Positions 6,844 to 10,937 of a stretch of DNA of 10,937 nucleotides are shown here, piece by piece. A program made the translations under genes and the position numbers. This DNA is from Octopus sinensis. Lineage: Eukaryota. The notes beneath the pieces were generated by a model, which was not told the origin of the DNA, searched no databases, and worked only from the letters and a program-made list of their open reading frames with translations. Positions within the stretch are counted from its first letter, which is position 1; every line of letters starts with the position of its first letter. The DNA lies in assembly GCF_006345805.1 (NCBI RefSeq), contig NW_021827145.1:1-10937 (forward strand), in the 5' to 3' direction.

Positions 6844-7105
6844 GTTAATGCTGGTGGCGGCGTTGGCAGCGGTAGTGGTGGTGGCTGTAGTAGTACTGTT
6901 AGCAGTGGTGGTGGTAGTAGTGATGGTGATGACTATATTGGTGGTAGCAGTGGTGGTTGTGATGGTGATAGTGGCAGTGGTAGTAGCTGTGGTGATAGTG
7001 GTAGCGATGCTACTCTTATTGGTGATAGTGGTGATGATGGTAATGCTGATTGTAGTGGTAGTGATGCTTTTGTTGTTGTTGTTGTTGTTATTGTTGTCAT
7101 TGTTG

Positions 7106-7137
<32 letters not shown>

Positions 7138-7150
7138 GGTGGTGATGGTA
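6844..7150. repeat. Cryptic trinucleotide repeat (GGT/AGT/GAT), ending in (GTT)n(GGT)n
   Basis: Seen directly. Confidence 0.9.
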
Positions 7151-7249
7151 GAGAGTGTAATGTTTGAAGAGAGGAAGAAAGGGGGTAATAATAATTTACA
7201 ATGTGAAAGGATTGATTTCAGCCAGTTATTATGAAATCGTTATGATATA

Positions 7250-7800
7250 AAATTAACAAACACACAAAAACAAAACAATAGCAAAAACAATATAAAGATA
7301 CTAAATAAAGAAATAAATGATAACAATAAAAACCAACGCTTCAGGATATTGCTAAACAACAATAGAAACAAAATTTGGTAACCATACAATGACAATAACA
7401 ACAACAGCACCTAGTACAAGAACAACGTTAACAGCAGAAGGACATTAATACATGTGAAAATGAAGAGATACAAAAAAAAAAAAATGTAAAAAAAATATTT
7501 TAAAAATGTAAAAAAAAAAATATAAAACAAAGAAACAAACTATAAAACATTTATAGTCATCAAACATATGATGCAAATAAGCCAAGAAATAAGTTTAAAA
7601 CATGAATGAATTAATGAATAAATAAATAAATAAATGTGGCTGAAGTGCGTCAGAAGAAAATATATCGATGATGATGATGATGATGATGATTGTACTGGTG
7701 GTGGTGGTGAGGTTCGATAAGAGGAGGAGGAAGATGATGGCTGTGGTGATGATGGGGAAAACAATAATGAACATTGTTATAATGATGACAATGACTATAT
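7250..7800. repeat. A/CAA-rich low-complexity sequence followed by (GAT)n/(GGT)n tracts
   Basis: Seen directly. Confidence 0.75.
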
Positions 7801-7812
7801 CACAATGCTGGG

Positions 7813-8192
<380 letters not shown>

Positions 8193-8199
8193 ATTAGAA

Positions 8200-8299
8200 A
8201 AGTCAGATTTTGTCATGAAGATGATGGTGATTGTGTTGACAACGACGACGACGTAAAAAATGATGTTCATTATACTGATATTGGTGCGTCAGCTAAAGT

Positions 8300-8340
<41 letters not shown>

Positions 8341-8602
8341 GTGATGATGCTGAAGATGATGCTGAAGAAGAAGAAGAGGTGGAGGAGCAGCAGAATGATA
8401 ATGATGAAGACGACAATGTTGTTGGCGATGCCGATCATGATGATGATGATGGCGATGATGATGAGGATGATGATGATGATGAGGAGGAGGAGGCGGAAAA
8501 GTAGGATGACGATGGCGACAACATCGATGACAGTGATGAAGACGACGACGGTGACGGCGACAACGATGATGGTGATGATGGCAATGATGATGATGGTGGT
8601 GG

Positions 8603-8638
<36 letters not shown>

Positions 8639-8700
8639 CAACGACGAAGATACTAATGACTGTCATAACGATGATGGTGATGATGATGATGGCGATGAAG
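8200..8700. repeat. Compound (GAT)n/(GAC)n/(GAG)n/(GAA)n trinucleotide repeat
   Basis: Seen directly. It is the source of the poly-D/M ORFs. Confidence 0.93.
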
Positions 8701-8949
8701 CGAAAAATAAATCGAAATAGAATGAGACAAAAGCAAAATACTTGTTGCAACTGAATAAAATATAATTGAAATTATACCCCCACCATCACCACCACCAGCA
8801 ATGAATTAATCAATAATAAAAAAAAAACAAAATAAAAAAATAAAAAGTGTTTTATGAAATATTGAAGGAAACCTTAGAATTTTGAATTGTAAATCTAATG
8901 AGTGAGAACAATTAATTGTCGCAGAAGTCTTTAAATGATTAATGAAGAA

Positions 8950-9009
8950 GCGGTTGATGATCATGTTAATGATGATAATGATGATAACGACGACGACGAC
9001 GACGACGAC

Positions 9010-9048
<39 letters not shown>

Positions 9049-9072
9049 GATGACGATGATGACGATGATGAT
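8950..9072. repeat. (GAT)n(GAC)n tract abutting the 3' end of SINE B3
   Basis: Seen directly. On the minus strand it is an (ATC)n run immediately after the ...AAAGGAT end of B3. Confidence 0.9.
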
Positions 9073-9283
9073 CCTTTGTGCTAAAGGCACAGGGCCTGAA
9101 TTTTTGGGGAAGGGACAAGTCGATTACATGGACCCCAGTGTTTCACTGGTACTTAATTTATCGACCCCCGAAATGATGACAGACACAGTCGACGTCGGCG
9201 GAATTTCAACTCACAACGTAGCGACGGTCGAAATACCGCTAAGCATTTCATCCAGCGTGTTAACGATTGAGCCAGCTCCCAGC
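9073..9283 (-). mobile_element. tRNA-derived SINE, family B, monomeric copy (B3)
   Basis: The reverse complement reads AGCTGGGAGCTGGCTCAATCGTTAACACG...GCGGTATTTCG...GAGTTGAAATTCCGCCGACGTCGAC...GGGGTCGATAAATTAAGTACCAGT...AATCGACTTGTCCCTTCCCCAAAAATTCAGGCCCTGTGCC...AAAGG. It has the head of B1 and the tail of B2. Confidence 0.88.
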
Positions 9284-9301
9284 TTAATAATAATAATAAT
9301 G

Positions 9302-9342
<41 letters not shown>
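9284..9342. repeat. (AAT)n microsatellite, possibly the tail of repeat D1
   Basis: Seen directly. Confidence 0.92.
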
Positions 9343-9343
<1 letters not shown>

Positions 9344-9456
9344 GCCCTGGTGCAGTACCAGGCAGCGGCTCTCGTGGCTTCTGATATTAACTGATTGGAA
9401 GTGATATCATGTACATTGTTTTGTCTTGGTATAAAAGATGGGCCACAGCAAATATT
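9343..9456 (-). mobile_element. Unclassified interspersed repeat, family D, copy D1 (retains the presumed 3' end)
   Basis: 9371-9456 aligns without gaps to 9906-9991 (6 mismatches in 86, about 93%). I recall it as a frequent octopus repeat. The orientation is inferred from the adjacent (ATT)n run. Confidence 0.7.
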
Positions 9457-9619
9457 ATTATTATTATTATAATATACACATACATATGCTTTTTTGTGTG
9501 TGTGTACACTGAACTAAATGAAGATAAGAAGGGAAGTATATATAATATACAACATATAAAAAGAAAAGAAGGGATAAATATGATATTGATGATGATACAG
9601 GAGAATCTATAAGAATAAT

Positions 9620-9904
9620 CGAGAAATGCTGCCGTCGATATCTCTGAAAACCAAGGTGAAGTGCCTTCTCCAAGTCATTTTCTCCGTCTCACGGCTCTAC
9701 ACTCTTTCTATTTTCGCAACTTTCACACATCTTTCAAATAAATTCACTCAACGACAGCACCTCTACCCGCCTCACTTTTCTTTTCAAGTGAAAGTTGAAA
9801 AAGTCGGTGAGGGCTCTACCAAAGAGGAATGTCTCTGCTCTTATGTCTTTCAGCATCCTCCACCAGGCAACCTATTTCACTACAGCCACCAGATAAAGGA
9901 AAAC
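9620..9904 (-). mobile_element. L1/Tx1-like LINE relic: extreme ORF2 C-terminus plus putative 3' UTR
   Basis: The minus strand from 9904 reads VFLYLVAVVK*VAWWRMLKDIRAETFLFGRALTDFFNFHLKRKVRRVEVLSLSEFI, then after a +1 frameshift ERCVKVAKIERV* (TAG 9697-9699). This fits the FL.L.A.AK..IW..R...F...L+.++R.E.....F.ERW pattern that follows zf-RVT in Tx1/L1 ORF2. The 3' boundary is uncertain. Confidence 0.65.
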
Positions 9905-9905
9905 C

Positions 9906-10047
9906 CTCATGGCTTCTGATCTTAACTGATTGGAAATGTTATCATGTACATTGTTTTGTCTTGGTATAAACGATGGGCTACAGCAAATATTCTGCTCAAT
10001 ACCACAGACAGTTTACCATGTCCCTTAGTGGTTGACGATATGTGCAT
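9906..10047 (-). mobile_element. Family D repeat, copy D2, truncated at both ends and nested inside the L1/Tx1 relic
   Basis: About 93% identical to D1 over 86 bp. It extends about 56 bp further on one side and lacks the 28 bp at the D1 tail end. LINE-like reading frames continue on both flanks. Confidence 0.7.
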
Positions 10048-10050
10048 GAG

Positions 10051-10400
10051 AATGCCTGAATAAAAGAGGGCGCATTGATTAAAAGTTACACAACTATATA
10101 CTCAGCCGATTGTCGGATCCATCCCACATCAAAAAGTAGCTGTTCGGTCTAACTCTATAAGTCAGCAATGACCGCACACTGAATCAGTGTGTGCAGAACG
10201 GAGGGAATTTTTCACTCTTCACGCACCTCGGACAATCCCGTCTGACAGCACATCCGTACCTGTAGAGTTTATCTTAAGCCAGTTGTGTCACCCCGTAGCA
10301 CTGACAGACCAAGGACATTTGAAAATTATTCTTGGTTGTCCATAACCGGAAAATACTCCGGAACAGACAATCGTATCTACGATGATTAATGTTATTCCTA
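10051..10400 (-). mobile_element. L1/Tx1-like LINE relic: ORF2 zf-RVT (CCHC) region
   Basis: The minus strand reads LFRSIFRLWTTKNNFQMSLVCQCYGVTQLA*DKLYRYGCAVRRDCPRCVKSEK, then after a frameshift at about 10203-10208 SVLHTLIQCAVIADL*S*TEQLLFDVGWIRQSAEYIV. This gives CPRC (10223-10234) and H-X4-C (10176-10193), the CX2C...HX4C knuckle of L1/Tx1 ORF2. The 5' boundary is approximate. Confidence 0.75.
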
Positions 10401-10464
10401 GTTCAAAAACTTAAAATGGATGGTCATTGCTACAAAGATCCTAATGCGACTGCCATTTTTATTA

Positions 10465-10600
10465 TACATACGCGCACATAAACACACACACACGCGCAAA
10501 CACACATACACACACACACACAGACACACACGCAAACACACATGCACACACACACAAACATATACAAACACAGACAAAAACACAAACATTAACACAAAGA
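10465..10600. repeat. (CA)n microsatellite, imperfect
   Basis: Seen directly. Confidence 0.92.
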
Positions 10601-10614
10601 GATATTTTCTTCGT

Positions 10615-10830
10615 CGACTGTTCTTTTCGACTTCTACTCCTCTTCCTCCATCTCCGCTTCCTCATACTCATCATCGCCATCCTTCTTTTCCTCCACCTCC
10701 ACCACCTCCCCCTCCTCCTCATCGATCTCTCTCCCTCTCTTCTTCTTCCCGTCCTCCTCCTACCTCTTCTTCCCCTTCTTCCTCTTGTTGTTGTTGTTGT
10801 TCCTCTTCTTCTTCTTCTGCTTCTTCTTAA
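10615..10830. repeat. (CCT)n/(CTT)n/(GTT)n polypyrimidine trinucleotide repeat
   Basis: Seen directly. Confidence 0.9.
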
Positions 10831-10849
10831 GATGAATTATGCACGATGT

Positions 10850-10890
10850 TTATATATATATATATATATGTATGTATGAATGTATATACT
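10850..10890. repeat. (TA)n/(TATG)n microsatellite
   Basis: Seen directly. Confidence 0.9.
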
Positions 10891-10937
10891 CGAAAAAGTA
10901 TGGAATAATAAGAATATGGCAGTGTATATCCGAAAAA

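Noticed and set aside
8942-9394. 150-aa ORF with a complex-looking middle (LCAKGTGPEFLGKGQVDY...)
   Set aside because: The complex part is the antisense of SINE B3, flanked by microsatellite translations.
10175-10191. Interrupted palindrome CACACTGA-A-TCAGTGTG
   Set aside because: It lies within the H-T-L-I-Q-C codons of the LINE zinc knuckle and is most simply coincidental.

Overview
Eukaryotic, AT-rich, microsatellite-saturated non-coding DNA. The SINE families present match, from my recollection, those of Octopus (coleoid cephalopod) genomes; this is unverified. I can support no intact host protein-coding gene. Almost all ORF-track entries are artefacts of di- and trinucleotide repeats. 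Two regions do carry real but dead protein homology. One is a 5'-truncated RTE-BovB-like LINE (2972-3682, minus). The other is a degraded L1/Tx1-like ORF2 C-terminus with a zf-RVT CCHC knuckle (about 9620-10400, minus), which the ORF track misses and which is interrupted by another repeat. The window also holds three tRNA-derived SINE types (A x2, B x3 including a dimer, C x1), a SINE 3' tail at the left edge, an unclassified repeat (D x2) and a decayed pogo/Tigger-like MITE. The most interesting non-repeat signal is an 84-nt near-perfect hairpin in unique sequence (5687-5770, 36-bp stem) with pri-miRNA-like geometry. Second is a microsatellite-anchored fold-back inverted duplication (2456-2690).
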